Program-made: the position numbers and the translations under genes | The notes under the pieces: model-generated | Database searches by the model: none | The model's input: the letters and a program-made list of their open reading frames with translations, nothing else | What the model was told of the DNA's origin: nothing | Source of the DNA: Candidatus Latescibacterota bacterium | Lineage (GTDB): Bacteria; Latescibacterota; UBA2968; UBA8231 | Assembly: GCA_965203175.1 (NCBI GenBank) | Contig: OZ241867.1 | Span: forward strand, 4,896,001 to 4,960,000 | Reading direction: 5' to 3' | DNA: 64,000 nucleotides | Shown here: positions 19,186 through 29,927 of the stretch, in pieces | How positions within the stretch are numbered: position 1 is the first letter of the stretch | How the letters are laid out: each line of letters begins with the position of its first letter

Positions 19186-19965
19186 CTATGCGGTGGTCTC
19201 GGCTACATCCGCCGGGACCTCTTCGGTTGCTTCGGTTGCTTCGGCCTCTTGCTTGTCGTCGCGGGCCGCCTTCTCGGCTTCGGCCTCGGCCTTGCCCTCA
19301 ACCACCGCGTCGGCGACGAGGCGCGTGATGAGGGCGATTGAGCGAATGGCGTCGTCGTTGCCGGGAATGGGATAGGTCACCAAGTCGGGGTCGCAGTTAG
19401 TATCGACGATGGCCACGGAGGGAATGCCTAGCTTGGCCGCCTCGCGCACTGCAATGTGCTCCTTCTTGATGTCTATGATAAAGACCAAGCCCGGCAGGCC
19501 ACCCATATTGCGGATGCCAGCCAAGGTCCGCTGGAGCCGGGCGCGCTCTTTTTCGAGCAGCAGGACTTCCTTTTTCTTGAGATTCTCGTAGGTGCCATCG
19601 GTTGAGATGCGGTCGAGATGCTCTAGGTGACGGATGCTCTGGCGGATGGTTTGCCAATTAGTCAACATCCCGCCGAGCCAGCGCTCGGTGACGTGAAACA
19701 TACCGCAGCGCTCGGCTTCCTGCCGCACGAGATCAGCGGCCTGCTTCTTCGTACCGACAAAGAACACGGCGCGGCCGGCGCGCACCGTCTGGCGCACGGC
19801 CTCGCAAGCAGCTTCTACTTTGCCGACCGTCTTTTGCAGGTCGATGATGTGGATGCCGTTGCGCTCGGTGAAGATATAGGGCTGCATTTTGGGGTTCCAA
19901 CGTCGGGTCTGGTGCCCGAAGTGGGTCCCAGCTTCCAGCAAATCGCGGATGGTGAAGTCAGCCAT
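19186..19965 (-). CDS. rpsB: 30S ribosomal protein S2
   Basis: [32 protein letters not shown]. Confidence 0.98.
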   Translation of the reverse strand: MADFTIRDLLEAGTHFGHQTRRWNPKMQPYIFTERNGIHIIDLQKTVGKVEAACEAVRQTVRAGRAVFFVGTKKQAADLVRQEAERCGMFHVTERWLGGMLTNWQTIRQSIRHLEHLDRISTDGTYENLKKKEVLLLEKERARLQRTLAGIRNMGGLPGLVFIIDIKKEHIAVREAAKLGIPSVAIVDTNCDPDLVTYPIPGNDDAIRSIALITRLVADAVVEGKAEAEAEKAARDDKQEAEATEATEEVPADVAETTA

Positions 19966-19982
19966 GATCGCTCCTAAATGTT

Positions 19983-20077
19983 AGTTGGGCCTCCGCCTCC
20001 TTCATTTACACACAGAAGCCCCGCGGACATCGGATGTCCACGGGACACTCTCTGCTGTGCATCGGGAAGCGTGTGTA
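19983..20077 (-). promoter_or_regulatory. rpsB leader (t44-like S2 autoregulatory cis-RNA)
   Basis: Minus strand ACACACGC...GAGTGTCCCGTGGACATCCGATGTCCGCGGGGC...GCGGAGGC directly upstream of rpsB; nested hairpins and t44-type end motifs. Confidence 0.6.
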
Positions 20078-20088
20078 TTGGAATGGGA

Positions 20089-20481
20089 CTAGCGCTTGGA
20101 GAATTGGAAGCGCTTGCGCGCGCCGGCCAATCCGTACTTTTTGCGCTCTTTCTCGCGGGCATCGCGCGTCAGAAAACCGCCTTTTTTCAACACTTCCCGC
20201 TTCTGCGGGTCGTACTGCACCAAGGCGCGGGCAATGCCCAAACTCGCGGCACCGGCCTGACCGCGCAAGCCGCCGCCACGGGTGGAAATGTGGATGTCGA
20301 AAGTGTTCCGAGTCTCAGTCAGATCTAGCGGCTGCACGAGGATCATCTCCAAAGAATCCCGGCGCAGGTACTCGCCGACAGCGCGACCGTTCATATAGAT
20401 GCTGCCATTGCCGAGTTGCATGCGCACTCGGGCTATCGAGGTCTTTCTGCGGCCGGTCGCTTCGTAGCTTTCTGCGGGCAT
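20089..20481 (-). CDS. rpsI: 30S ribosomal protein S9
   Basis: GRRKTSIARV, GGGLRGQAGA, ERKKYGLAGARKRFQFSKR. Confidence 0.98.
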   Translation of the reverse strand: MPAESYEATGRRKTSIARVRMQLGNGSIYMNGRAVGEYLRRDSLEMILVQPLDLTETRNTFDIHISTRGGGLRGQAGAASLGIARALVQYDPQKREVLKKGGFLTRDAREKERKKYGLAGARKRFQFSKR

Positions 20482-20498
20482 TGGCGCGTTGCCTTTGG

Positions 20499-20933
20499 TT
20501 AAAGTTCGAGAGGCTGGGGGTTTTGCGCTTGATGTCGGTGTTCGCCACCTGCATAGACGCGGAGCTTCTTTAGCTGCATCCGCCCCAGCTTGGTGTGAGG
20601 CAGCATCCCCCGCACGGCTTTGCGGATGATCCGATCGGGATGCCGCTCGGCCATGCGGCTATAAGGAGTGGTCCGCAAGCCACCTGGATAGCCGGTGTGG
20701 TGATAGTAGACCTTCTTTTCGGCCTTGTCGCCCGTGACTCGCACCTTGTCGGCATTAATCACGATGACGTGGTCGCCCACATCGGCCTGCGGAGCGTATT
20801 CGGGTTTGCCCTTGCCGCGCAGCACTTGGGCGATTTCCGAAGCCAGCCGCCCTAGCACCTTGTCAGTGGCATCGACCACGAACCACTGCCGCTTGATTTC
20901 GCCCGCTTTAGGGGCATAGGTAATGTCGTTCAT
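20499..20933 (-). CDS. rplM: 50S ribosomal protein L13
   Basis: WFVVDA..VLGRLAS, HTGYPGG, VRGMLP. Confidence 0.98.
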   Translation of the reverse strand: MNDITYAPKAGEIKRQWFVVDATDKVLGRLASEIAQVLRGKGKPEYAPQADVGDHVIVINADKVRVTGDKAEKKVYYHHTGYPGGLRTTPYSRMAERHPDRIIRKAVRGMLPHTKLGRMQLKKLRVYAGGEHRHQAQNPQPLEL

Positions 20934-20966
20934 CGTCTTTTCTTCAGATTAATATAGAAATTGTTT

Positions 20967-20995
20967 AACTTAAGCTCTCTATACGTGCTTGTCAA
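20967..20995 (-). promoter_or_regulatory. Sigma-70-type promoter of rplM operon
   Basis: TTGACA-N17-TAAGTT on minus strand ~35 nt upstream of rplM start. Confidence 0.55.
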
Positions 20996-20997
20996 GG

Positions 20998-21600
20998 TTA
21001 GGCTACCCGCCGCTTGCGCCACCAGCGCCAGAGTAGCACCGCCCCCACCAAGCACAATATCCCCACCAACAACCTATTGTATTGCGCGAGTAGCTCGGTG
21101 ACCTGCTCCCAGTTTTCCCCCACCAAAACCCCGGCGTAGAGCAGCAATCCGTTCCAAACCGCCATGCCGATCGAGCCGCATAGCGCGACGGTAGGCCAAG
21201 GCATGCGGCCTATACCAGCACCGATGGCAATGACCGACCGGATGCCACTCAAAAATCGGTTGCCGAGAATAAGCGCGACGCCGTAGCGACTGAGCCACCG
21301 CTCGGCTTGGGCCAGCTTCGCCGTACCCCGACGGCCGGCGAAAAAGGCGCGACCCCGACTATAGCCCAAATAGTACATGGCTAAGAAGCCAGCCGTACCT
21401 CCAACACAAGTAGCAAGAAAAACCGGCCATATATCCAAGAGGCCGCGCCCCACCAGATAGGCGCTAAACACCACCACCGTATCGCCTGGTATGGGTGGCA
21501 CGATATTTTCCAAAAAGGCACTAAGCAATAAGATGCCATACGCCCACAGCGGATCGACACCCGACAGGGCCGCGAGCAGGGAATCCAAATAGGCCGCCAT
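20998..21600 (-). CDS. DedA family membrane protein
   Basis: LENIVPPIPGD, RFLSGIRS, AGIGRM. Confidence 0.88.
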   Translation of the reverse strand: MAAYLDSLLAALSGVDPLWAYGILLLSAFLENIVPPIPGDTVVVFSAYLVGRGLLDIWPVFLATCVGGTAGFLAMYYLGYSRGRAFFAGRRGTAKLAQAERWLSRYGVALILGNRFLSGIRSVIAIGAGIGRMPWPTVALCGSIGMAVWNGLLLYAGVLVGENWEQVTELLAQYNRLLVGILCLVGAVLLWRWWRKRRVA

Positions 21601-21603
21601 GCT

Positions 21604-22770
21604 TTAGAGCGCCAAAAGAGCCACGGCTTGAGCCTCCATACCCTCCTCGCGCCCGACGAATCCCAACCGCTCGGTCGTCGTGGCCTTGAGCGAAACCTGC
21701 CCTACTTCTAGGCCCAAGGTCGCGGATAGCATTTGGCGCATCGCTGCTATGTGCGGCGCTAGCTTGGGCTGCTGAGCCGCGACGACGGCGTCGATGTGTA
21801 GGACCCGCGCCCCTCGCTCCGCTATCAGGGTGCCGACCTGCTCGAGCAACACCAAGCTCGATATATCCTTGTACTGCTCGTCTGAGTCGGGAAAGAGCTG
21901 GCCGATATCCCCGGCCGACAGAGCGCCCAAAAGCGCGTCGATTATGGCGTGTGTCAACACATCTGCGTCCGAATGGCCCGCCAATCCCCGAGCAAAGGGC
22001 ACGACGACCCCACCCAAAATTAGAGGCCGTCCTTCCTCCAAGCGATGCACGTCGTAGCCCTGTCCTATGCGCAAGCCCATAGTAGGCACCTCTTCCCTTT
22101 CGCGTACTCGCCACTCGGCCCAAGCCAGATCTTCGGGCGTGGTGAGCTTGCGGTTGTCGGCCTCGCCGGGCACGACGCAGACCGCGTGGCCCAATCGCTC
22201 GACCAGCGCGGCGTCGTCAGTGGCCGCCACGTCGGTCCCAGCCGCGTGATATGCCCTCAGGAGCAGTTCGCGGTCAAAGCCCTGTGGGGTCTGCGCCTGC
22301 CATAGCCGCTCGCGGCGCATCGTGCTGACTATCCAACCGTCAGCCACTTCCTTGATCGTCTCTACCACCGGCAAAGCAGGTAGTGCCGCTCCGTGCTCGC
22401 GGGTGGCGGCGACCACCCGCTCCAGCAGCCTCTCTGAAATAAACGGTCGCACGGCGTCGTGTACTAAGACCATATCGGCGCGGGTCTCCTGCAAGCCTCG
22501 ATATACGGATGCACTGCGTTCAGCTCCCCCAGAGACGAGGGCAGTGGCTTTGCCAAAGTCCCCGCCCTCGCTCAAGCGGCGGCGGCAATAGTCCATGTCC
22601 TCGCGCCGCACGACCAAGACGATATCGGTCACCAGCGGGCTCGCTTCGAAACGCGCGAGTACGTGCCAGAGCACGGGCCGACCTCCTAAAGGGAGATACT
22701 GCTTGGGCCGATCTGATCCCATGCGCTGTCCCCGGCCAGCGGCCGGGACAATGGCGGTTATGCGTTCCAC
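21604..22770 (-). CDS. ispDF: Bifunctional IspD/IspF (MEP cytidylyltransferase / MEcPP synthase)
   Basis: [28 protein letters not shown] then [25 protein letters not shown]. Confidence 0.95.
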   Translation of the reverse strand: MERITAIVPAAGRGQRMGSDRPKQYLPLGGRPVLWHVLARFEASPLVTDIVLVVRREDMDYCRRRLSEGGDFGKATALVSGGAERSASVYRGLQETRADMVLVHDAVRPFISERLLERVVAATREHGAALPALPVVETIKEVADGWIVSTMRRERLWQAQTPQGFDRELLLRAYHAAGTDVAATDDAALVERLGHAVCVVPGEADNRKLTTPEDLAWAEWRVREREEVPTMGLRIGQGYDVHRLEEGRPLILGGVVVPFARGLAGHSDADVLTHAIIDALLGALSAGDIGQLFPDSDEQYKDISSLVLLEQVGTLIAERGARVLHIDAVVAAQQPKLAPHIAAMRQMLSATLGLEVGQVSLKATTTERLGFVGREEGMEAQAVALLAL

Positions 22771-22774
22771 GGCG

Positions 22775-23803
22775 TCACACGATCATCATGGCATCGCCAT
22801 AGCTATAAAAGCGATAGCCCCGCTCTATAGCCTCGCGGTAGGCGGCCAAAAGTCGTTCCCGGCCGACGAAGGCCGCTACGAGCAACAACAGACTCGAGCG
22901 CGGTAAGTGAAAGTTCGTTACCAACATATCGACCGCTTTGAATGCGTAGGGCGGATAGATAAACGCATCCGCAAGGCCCCCACGGGCACACACATTGCCC
23001 TCGGCATCGACGCTCGACTCCAAGGTCCGCACCACGGTAGTACCGACGGCGACGATGCGTCCACCGGCCGCGTGGCAACGCCTGAGCGCGGCCGCCACTG
23101 GCTCGTCGATTTCGCAGTATTCAGACTCGAGTACATGTTGGCGCGGGTCAGCGCAGCGCACCGGCTCGAACGTGCCCGGCCCCACGTGCAAGAGTACCTT
23201 CAAGACAGCCACACCCTTGGCAGCAATCTCAGCGATTAACTGAGGGGTAAAGTGCAGGCCAGCCGTGGGCGCGGCAACGGCTCCTGGGCGCGCCGCATAA
23301 ACAGTCTGATAGCGCTCTCGGTCCGTAGCCTCGGGTGGCCGCCGAATATAGGGAGGCAGCGGTATTTCCCCGATCTCTTCCAGCCGCGCCAGCACGTCCT
23401 CGACGGCAAAGCGCACGCGGAACCGCCCCGGCGCAACCTGCTCGACGATGTGCGCTTCCACCGCTCCATCGTCAAACTCCAATCGCGTCTTGGGTTTTAG
23501 GCCCCGCCCAGGCCGCCCCATAGCTAGCCAATCGCTCGCAGTTAGCGGTCTGAGCAGCAGCAGTTCAATCTGCCCTCCGGTAGCGACTTTACGGCCCCGG
23601 AGCCGAGCCGGCACGACCTGTGTCTGATTCAATACTAGGGTGTCGCCGGGCGCAAGCTGATCGACGATGGCACCAAAGTGCAGGTGCCGCAATGAGCCAT
23701 CCGCCCGGTTCAAGACCAAAAGACGCGCTTGGTCTCTCTCAGGCGGCGGGCGTTGGGCGATCAGGGCATCGGGCAGGTCAAAATCGTAGTCTACCAGTTG
23801 CAT
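22775..23803 (-). CDS. queA: SAM:tRNA ribosyltransferase-isomerase
   Basis: [50 protein letters not shown]. Confidence 0.96.
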   Translation of the reverse strand: MQLVDYDFDLPDALIAQRPPPERDQARLLVLNRADGSLRHLHFGAIVDQLAPGDTLVLNQTQVVPARLRGRKVATGGQIELLLLRPLTASDWLAMGRPGRGLKPKTRLEFDDGAVEAHIVEQVAPGRFRVRFAVEDVLARLEEIGEIPLPPYIRRPPEATDRERYQTVYAARPGAVAAPTAGLHFTPQLIAEIAAKGVAVLKVLLHVGPGTFEPVRCADPRQHVLESEYCEIDEPVAAALRRCHAAGGRIVAVGTTVVRTLESSVDAEGNVCARGGLADAFIYPPYAFKAVDMLVTNFHLPRSSLLLLVAAFVGRERLLAAYREAIERGYRFYSYGDAMMIV

Positions 23804-23817
23804 TGCGCGATGCCAAC

Positions 23818-24525
23818 CTATTCCCGAGACCGCGTAGGACGCCACCGCGCATAGCGGAAAATGGTCCAGAGAATTTTGTATCCGGCCCGCAGCGTGCCAC
23901 TGAGTGTGCCGGTGATCTTGGAGGTGCCAATGCGGCAGCGATAGCGCACGGGCACTTCGGCTGTGCGCAGGCCCAGCCGAGCGGCTTTGACCTGCATCTC
24001 TGCGGTCCAGCCAAAGTTGCAATCCTGCATCTCTAGCCGCATGAGCGCGTCGTAGCGCAATGCGCGGAAAGGCCCCAAATCCGTAAAAGTGACACCGAAC
24101 AACAGGCGAATTAAGAAGGTGGCCAACCAGTTGCCAAAACGAGCTTGGGGCAAGAGAGCACCCTTTTCCCGCTGGCCCAAAACCCGCGAGCCAATAACCA
24201 CATCGGCGCGATCTGCGACGATCGGACTTATTAAAGCCGACATATCCTCGGGGTAATCGCTGTAGTCGCCGTCGAGGAAGACGACGATATCCGGCCTATC
24301 GAGATGGGCCATACCCGCCAGACAGGCTTGACCGTAGCCGCGGCGCGGCTCGCCGACGACGCAGGCACCCAAGCGGCGAGCCACCTCGGCGGTGCCGTCG
24401 CCGGAGCCATTATCGACGACGATAACCTGCTGTGCGATATCCGGTATGTCTTGCAGCACCTTGCCGATGGCGTCTTCTTCGTCACAAGCGGGAATGACGA
24501 CGGCAATGGCCGGAGGCGAGTCCAT
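23818..24525 (-). CDS. Glycosyltransferase family 2
   Basis: VVIPA.DEE, VVDNGS.D.T, GYGQAC, FLDGDYSD. Confidence 0.88.
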   Translation of the reverse strand: MDSPPAIAVVIPACDEEDAIGKVLQDIPDIAQQVIVVDNGSGDGTAEVARRLGACVVGEPRRGYGQACLAGMAHLDRPDIVVFLDGDYSDYPEDMSALISPIVADRADVVIGSRVLGQREKGALLPQARFGNWLATFLIRLLFGVTFTDLGPFRALRYDALMRLEMQDCNFGWTAEMQVKAARLGLRTAEVPVRYRCRIGTSKITGTLSGTLRAGYKILWTIFRYARWRPTRSRE

Positions 24526-24552
24526 GCGCTGGGCACCGCAAATGGGGTTTGT

Positions 24553-25380
24553 CTAGAGGTTTTCCTCCAACCAGAGGAAGAACCGATCCTGCGCCTCGGG
24601 CACATTGTTGAGCAATGCAAAGCCGTGGTCAGCCGAGTCTGTAAAAACGCGCAGCTCCTTTGGCTCGGCCGTCTGTTCCTCTAAGCTGCGGGCGAAGTCG
24701 ACATAGCTGAGAATGACATCTCCGGCCTGAACTTGGTCTTGATCACCCACCATAAAGAGCATGGACCGCGGGCCAAACGGTTCGAGGCCGGTCCCGATGA
24801 CTAACGGCTCCAGTGAAGTGGCCCCCCACAGCCCCGGCGAGAGGGAGATACCGGTTTTTATTAGCTCGGGAAAACTGCCCAAACTCACGTAGGCCACATT
24901 TCCCCCCGAGCCACTGCCCACGACCGCGATACGGCTGGCATCAATCTTGGACTGGCTCTGCAGCCAGACCAGCGCGGCATGGACATCGAGAACGCTCAAT
25001 TCTAGATCAATCAATTCCAAGATCTGGCGGTCATCAGGCAGTGGGGTTTCGCCGTGCCCGCGCATGTCGATGGCTAAGACGGCATAGCCGCGTTCGAGTA
25101 AGGCCGTGTACGTGTCGGTGGCGCTCAACCAATCGTTTTTGCTCCCGCCTAGATCGTGCAGTAGGATCACCACCGGCAGACTGTCGGCCTCCGGCGTGCC
25201 AAAAAGCGCGCTCACCTCGACGCCGTCGTTGGACGGGAATCTAACGGCTGAGATGGGATAGACGCGGCCCTGCCCCTCGGGCAGATCGGGGCCGAGGATC
25301 TGTAGCTCTTCTTCTGAGTCGCTGCATCCCATGATCCCAACGGCGAATACCCAAACCCACCTGCACAATATCTTGCTCAT
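24553..25380 (-). CDS. Alpha/beta hydrolase-fold lipoprotein
   Basis: Lipobox IMGC; VILLH, DMRGHGE, GSGSGG (atypical nucleophile elbow), terminal DHG. Confidence 0.75.
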   Translation of the reverse strand: MSKILCRWVWVFAVGIMGCSDSEEELQILGPDLPEGQGRVYPISAVRFPSNDGVEVSALFGTPEADSLPVVILLHDLGGSKNDWLSATDTYTALLERGYAVLAIDMRGHGETPLPDDRQILELIDLELSVLDVHAALVWLQSQSKIDASRIAVVGSGSGGNVAYVSLGSFPELIKTGISLSPGLWGATSLEPLVIGTGLEPFGPRSMLFMVGDQDQVQAGDVILSYVDFARSLEEQTAEPKELRVFTDSADHGFALLNNVPEAQDRFFLWLEENL

Positions 25381-25536
25381 AAGATCATATCCTCGCCAAA
25401 AAGCGCGTTGCGAGCGCGCTCAATTGGCAACGCTCCTAATTTTCGTAACTCCTTGAGTTTGAATAAACAATCTCACCCTCTAGCTGTCAACTTGACGCCT
25501 TGACGACAAAATTCTTTTGCCGTATGCTGCCGCCCT

Positions 25537-27243
25537 ATGATCCGCGTCGAAAAACTCAGCCTTAGCTATCGCGGGGGGCCACCCGCGTTGCACTCCATCG
25601 ACCTCCAAATCAGCCCCGGAGAAAACATCGCCCTCATCGGCGCTAATGGTTCGGGCAAAACCACCCTCGCCCGCTGCTTAAACGGACTGCAACAACCCCA
25701 AGAGGGCCGAGTCCTCGTCGATGGTATGGACGCCAGCGATTCGGCCCAACTCCACTCCATCCGTCAGCTAGTTGGCATGGTCTGGCAAAACCCGGACGAT
25801 CAGCTAGTTGGCACCACGGTCGCCGACGAATTGGCGTTTGGCTTGGAAAACCTAGCCCTAGCCAGCGATGAAATTCACTGTCGCGTCGAAGAAACACTCG
25901 CCGCTTTCGACCTCGGAGCCTATCGCCGCTATCCGCCGCACAAGCTCTCCGGCGGCGAGAAACAACGCGTGGCCATTGCCGCCGTAGTGGCGATGCGACC
26001 GCGCTATCTCGTTTTGGACGAATCGACGGCCCTGCTCGACCCCGGCGAAAGACAGCAAGTGGCCGAGTTGCTCCAGCGGCTGCGCACCGCATACGGCATC
26101 GCGACGATACTCATCACCCAGTCTCCAGAAGAAGCCGCTCGCGCCGACCGCGTCATCGTCCTTCACGCGGGTCGGGTCCATGCAGACGGCCCCCCAGCTG
26201 TTCTCTTTGCCGACCCGCTCAAGCTTCGCGGCCTCGGCCTCGGCCTCCCTTTTGCAAGTGCCCTTGCCACTCACTTGTCACTGGCCGAGACCCACTTGGA
26301 GCTAGACACCCTGTCCGACGCGTTAGCTGTGCTAAAACCCCAGACGCCCCTATCGCCTTGGACTCCGCCTTCTCCGCCGTCGCCAACCCCGAGCAAACTA
26401 GCAGCCGAAGAACTGACGCACCTCTACGACGAGCATCTGCTCACCCAGCGTTGCGGCATTCGCGATATTAATATAGATGTCCCCACCGGCTCCATACTAG
26501 CCCTCGTGGGCACCAACGGCGCGGGCAAGACCACCCTCGCCCAGCACTTCAACGCCCTGCTCAAACCCTCTCGCGGTCGCGTGCTCCTCGACGGCTGCGA
26601 CATCGGCTCCCTACCCCCGGTTCGCTTGCGCCAGCGCGTTGGCTTGGCCTTTCAGTTTCCCGAACTCCAACTCTTCGCCGAAACCGTGGCCGAGGATGTG
26701 GCTTTTGGGCCGCGCAACCTCGGCTTTGCTGCCGGGCGCGTCGCTAGCCTCGTGGCTCGCGCACTCGCTATGGTGGACATGCCGTTGGAAGAATTCGGAT
26801 CGCGCCAGCCCCTCTCGTTGAGCGGGGGCGAAAGACGTCGCGTCGCACTCGCCGGCGTCCTCGCCATGGACCCAGAGGTCTTAGTGCTCGACGAACCGAC
26901 CGCCGGCCTCGATCCCCAAACTACAGTCAGCTTGTGCCAGCTCTTCTCCGAGCTAAGCAATCAAGGCCGCACCCTCGTGCCAATCAGCCACGATATGGAG
27001 CTAGTCGGCCGCCTAGCCACCCACGTAGTAGTTCTGCACCAAGGCCGCATCGAACTACAAGGGCCAGCCCGCGCCGTGCTCGCCCATCCCGAATTCGAGT
27101 CTATCAGTGGGCTTGTGCCCCCGATATCTATGCAGTTAGCCCTCCGCCTGAGACAACGAGGCCTAGCCCTAGCCGGAGACCCGTTGACTCTAGAAGAGAC
27201 TATCGACTGGCTCGCCCCACTCGTCGCCCTCTCCCATGTCTAA
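25537..27243 (+). CDS. Energy-coupling-factor transporter ATPase, fused double domain (EcfA-EcfA')
   Basis: Two NBDs: GANGSGKT/QNPDDQ/LSGGE and GTNGAGKT/QFPELQLF/LSGGE. Confidence 0.88.
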   Translation: MIRVEKLSLSYRGGPPALHSIDLQISPGENIALIGANGSGKTTLARCLNGLQQPQEGRVLVDGMDASDSAQLHSIRQLVGMVWQNPDDQLVGTTVADELAFGLENLALASDEIHCRVEETLAAFDLGAYRRYPPHKLSGGEKQRVAIAAVVAMRPRYLVLDESTALLDPGERQQVAELLQRLRTAYGIATILITQSPEEAARADRVIVLHAGRVHADGPPAVLFADPLKLRGLGLGLPFASALATHLSLAETHLELDTLSDALAVLKPQTPLSPWTPPSPPSPTPSKLAAEELTHLYDEHLLTQRCGIRDINIDVPTGSILALVGTNGAGKTTLAQHFNALLKPSRGRVLLDGCDIGSLPPVRLRQRVGLAFQFPELQLFAETVAEDVAFGPRNLGFAAGRVASLVARALAMVDMPLEEFGSRQPLSLSGGERRRVALAGVLAMDPEVLVLDEPTAGLDPQTTVSLCQLFSELSNQGRTLVPISHDMELVGRLATHVVVLHQGRIELQGPARAVLAHPEFESISGLVPPISMQLALRLRQRGLALAGDPLTLEETIDWLAPLVALSHV

Positions 27244-28534
27244 ATTTTCTGCCGACTTGCTCGTCCGCCAAGGACGCCTCATCGACCCGGCCAATGGCAC
27301 CGATGTCATAGGAGATATCCTCATCCACCAAGGTAAAATAGTTCAGTCGGCCCCCAATCTCTCGGCACCTCCAGACGTGCCCGTTCTGACGGCCACCGGC
27401 TTGGTCGTCGCGCCGGGTTTTATCGACATTCACACTCACCTCCGCGAACCGGGCTACGAACACAAGGAAACGATTCAGAGCGGCACCGCAGCAGCGGCGG
27501 CCGGTGGCATCTGCGCGGTAGCCGCCATGCCCAATACCAACCCTCCCCCAGACAGCAGTGACCATTTGCAACTAGCGCTGGAGCGAGCGCAGACGGCCAG
27601 TGTGCGCTACTATCCAATCGCCTGCGTGACCGTGGGCCGTCAAGGACGCGGTGCACTCGCTCCCCTCGCGGAACTGGCTGAATTAGGCGCGGTGGCCTTT
27701 TCCGACGACGGAGACCCCGTCGAAGACGAGGCCTTGATGCGCCGCGCCCTCGAAATTGCCCGCGACCTCGACCGGCCCATCTTTCCGCACGAAGAGGTCA
27801 AGTCGCTTACAGCGGGCGGCTGTATGCACGCAGGAGAAGTAGCCGCGCGCCTCGGTGTCAAGGGGATGCCAGCCGCAGGTGAGGAGGAAATGGTCGCCCG
27901 CGATATAGAACTCGTCCGCCAGACCGGCGGCCCCTTGCACATCGCCCATATCAGCACGGCCGGCACCGCGCAATTGGTCCGGCGCGCCAAAGCCGATGGC
28001 CTGCCCGTGACCTGCGAAGTGCTACCCCATCACTTCGTACTTACCGACCGCGAGGTCGAGCGCCAAGGCACGGCCGCCAAGATGAGCCCGCCGCTGCGCG
28101 AAGCCGCCGATGTCGAAGCCATGCTCACAGGGCTAGCCGATGGCACCATAGAGGTCATTGCGACCGACCATGCGCCACATACGGCCGCGGAAAAATCCCA
28201 GCCCCTAACCCAAGCTCCCATGGGCATTGTCGGCCTAGAGACGGCCGTCGGTCTAACCTTGACCTATTTGATGGATCGCGTTTTGCCCCTACACGAGGTC
28301 ATCGCTTGCTGGACCTGCCACCCAGCGCGCATCTTGCGCCTACCCGGAGGCATGCTCACCCCAGGGATGCCTGGGGATCTAACCATCCTCGATCTAACGC
28401 GCGAATGGGAAGTAGTCCCCGAGCACTTCCACTCCAAATCGCGGAATACCCCCTTTGCCGGTTACCACCTAAAGGGCAAGGCCGTGGCCACCATAGTCGG
28501 TGGACAGATCGTCTATAGCGAATTGGCCGCTTAA
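27236..28534 (+). CDS. pyrC: Dihydroorotase (type I)
   Basis: PGFIDIHTHLREPG, MPNT.P, ATDHAPH, SKSRNTPF. Confidence 0.95.
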   Translation: MSKFSADLLVRQGRLIDPANGTDVIGDILIHQGKIVQSAPNLSAPPDVPVLTATGLVVAPGFIDIHTHLREPGYEHKETIQSGTAAAAAGGICAVAAMPNTNPPPDSSDHLQLALERAQTASVRYYPIACVTVGRQGRGALAPLAELAELGAVAFSDDGDPVEDEALMRRALEIARDLDRPIFPHEEVKSLTAGGCMHAGEVAARLGVKGMPAAGEEEMVARDIELVRQTGGPLHIAHISTAGTAQLVRRAKADGLPVTCEVLPHHFVLTDREVERQGTAAKMSPPLREAADVEAMLTGLADGTIEVIATDHAPHTAAEKSQPLTQAPMGIVGLETAVGLTLTYLMDRVLPLHEVIACWTCHPARILRLPGGMLTPGMPGDLTILDLTREWEVVPEHFHSKSRNTPFAGYHLKGKAVATIVGGQIVYSELAA

Positions 28535-29850
28535 TCAGGGATCTTGAACGCGTCCGGCCAATGCTCAATCTCTGCGTCAGTCGCGCGCAGCCACACGGCG
28601 ATCACATCGAAGCGACAGATCGCATCGGCCGCGGCACCGTATTGGATATAGTGCTGGGCGGCCCGCGCTAGACGCTGCCGCTTGGCGCGATTTACCCTTT
28701 GTTCGGGGCGAGACGCGCGCTGGCTGGCCTTTACTTCGACAAAGACCAACTCGCCCCGCTCTTCAGCCACCAAGTCTATCTCTCCTCCAGCAGCGCGATA
28801 GCGGCGCGCCCGGATTCGGTAGCCCCGTTCTTCCAGATAGGCTGCGGCCGCCGCTTCGCCCTGCCGTCCGATGTTCCCTAACTTGTCGCGCTGCTCCCGA
28901 TAGGCCCCTCTCAGGGCCGCTAGTTCGTCAGCCGTTAACTCGTCGGCGGCCTCTTTGACTAACTGTCCCAACCTCTCTAGTTCGGCGAAGTTGGCGCAGT
29001 CGTATATGCCCTCTGCAAAAGAGAGGAAAAGCTCCGAGTGCGGCTCGGCGATTCGCGCAGCCACCGGGCCGAAACTGCGGCGGTGCAACGGGCAAGGGCC
29101 ATGGGCGTCGAGCGCGGCTAAGTGTGCGGCACTGCCGTAGCCCTTGTGCGCGGCAAACCCGTATTCGGGATAGCGGGCATCGCATTCGCACATCAGGCGG
29201 TCCCGGTGTACTTTGGCCACGATTGAGGCCGCGGCAATCGACAGCGAGCGGGCGTCTCCGTCAATGATGGCTTGTTCGGGATAGGGACTGCGCGCCGGTA
29301 GGTGCCCGTCGATCAGCACCCGGTCGGGCGGGGAGTGCAAATTCTCCAGCGCCAAGCGCATAGCCTTGAGCGAGGCCTGTAGGATGTTCAACTTGTCGAT
29401 CTCCGCGGCCTCGACCTGCCCTATTCCCACCGCTAGGGCCTTGTCCGCTATCTCCTCGTACAGGGCTTCGCGCTGGGTCCGCGACAGCTTTTTAGAATCG
29501 TCTATCTTGGCGATGACACAGTCTGGCGACAAGACGACGGCGGCGGCCACCACAGGCCCCGCCAAGCAGCCGCGCCCAGCCTCATCAACGCCGGCCACTC
29601 GGCGCACCCCTTGTTCCCAAAGGTGCCGTTCAAAGTGCAGGAGCCGCTCGCGCCGCTGGAGCTCCGCCTGCTCCCGCGCATCGCGCCGCCGCCGTTCGAC
29701 TACCAAACGCCGGACGCCAACGCGGCGATCTTTTTCGAGCAAGGCCCAGCCCGGATCGCCGCTTTCCCACTCCGCCACCTGTGCGCGTATCTGGGCAATC
29801 GTCATTCCGGCGAGTTCGGTTGCGGCATCCCGTTCGCAGGAACGATTCAT
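28531..29850 (-). CDS. rnhB: Ribonuclease HII fused to C-terminal YraN (UPF0102) nuclease
   Basis: GVDEAGRG, DSKKL, IAAASIVAK, KGY, HRRSF then GRQGE...YL...GEIDLV...VFVEVK...RFDVIAV in one frame; start uncertain (29877/29850/29805). Confidence 0.9.
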   Translation of the reverse strand: MNRSCERDAATELAGMTIAQIRAQVAEWESGDPGWALLEKDRRVGVRRLVVERRRRDAREQAELQRRERLLHFERHLWEQGVRRVAGVDEAGRGCLAGPVVAAAVVLSPDCVIAKIDDSKKLSRTQREALYEEIADKALAVGIGQVEAAEIDKLNILQASLKAMRLALENLHSPPDRVLIDGHLPARSPYPEQAIIDGDARSLSIAAASIVAKVHRDRLMCECDARYPEYGFAAHKGYGSAAHLAALDAHGPCPLHRRSFGPVAARIAEPHSELFLSFAEGIYDCANFAELERLGQLVKEAADELTADELAALRGAYREQRDKLGNIGRQGEAAAAAYLEERGYRIRARRYRAAGGEIDLVAEERGELVFVEVKASQRASRPEQRVNRAKRQRLARAAQHYIQYGAAADAICRFDVIAVWLRATDAEIEHWPDAFKIPD

Positions 29851-29927
29851 GCTGGCAGGCGTCTCATCTATTGACATTAGGTATCGACCTAGTATATTTG
29901 CGAAAAGCTACCAAGAGGAGCCTTAAC

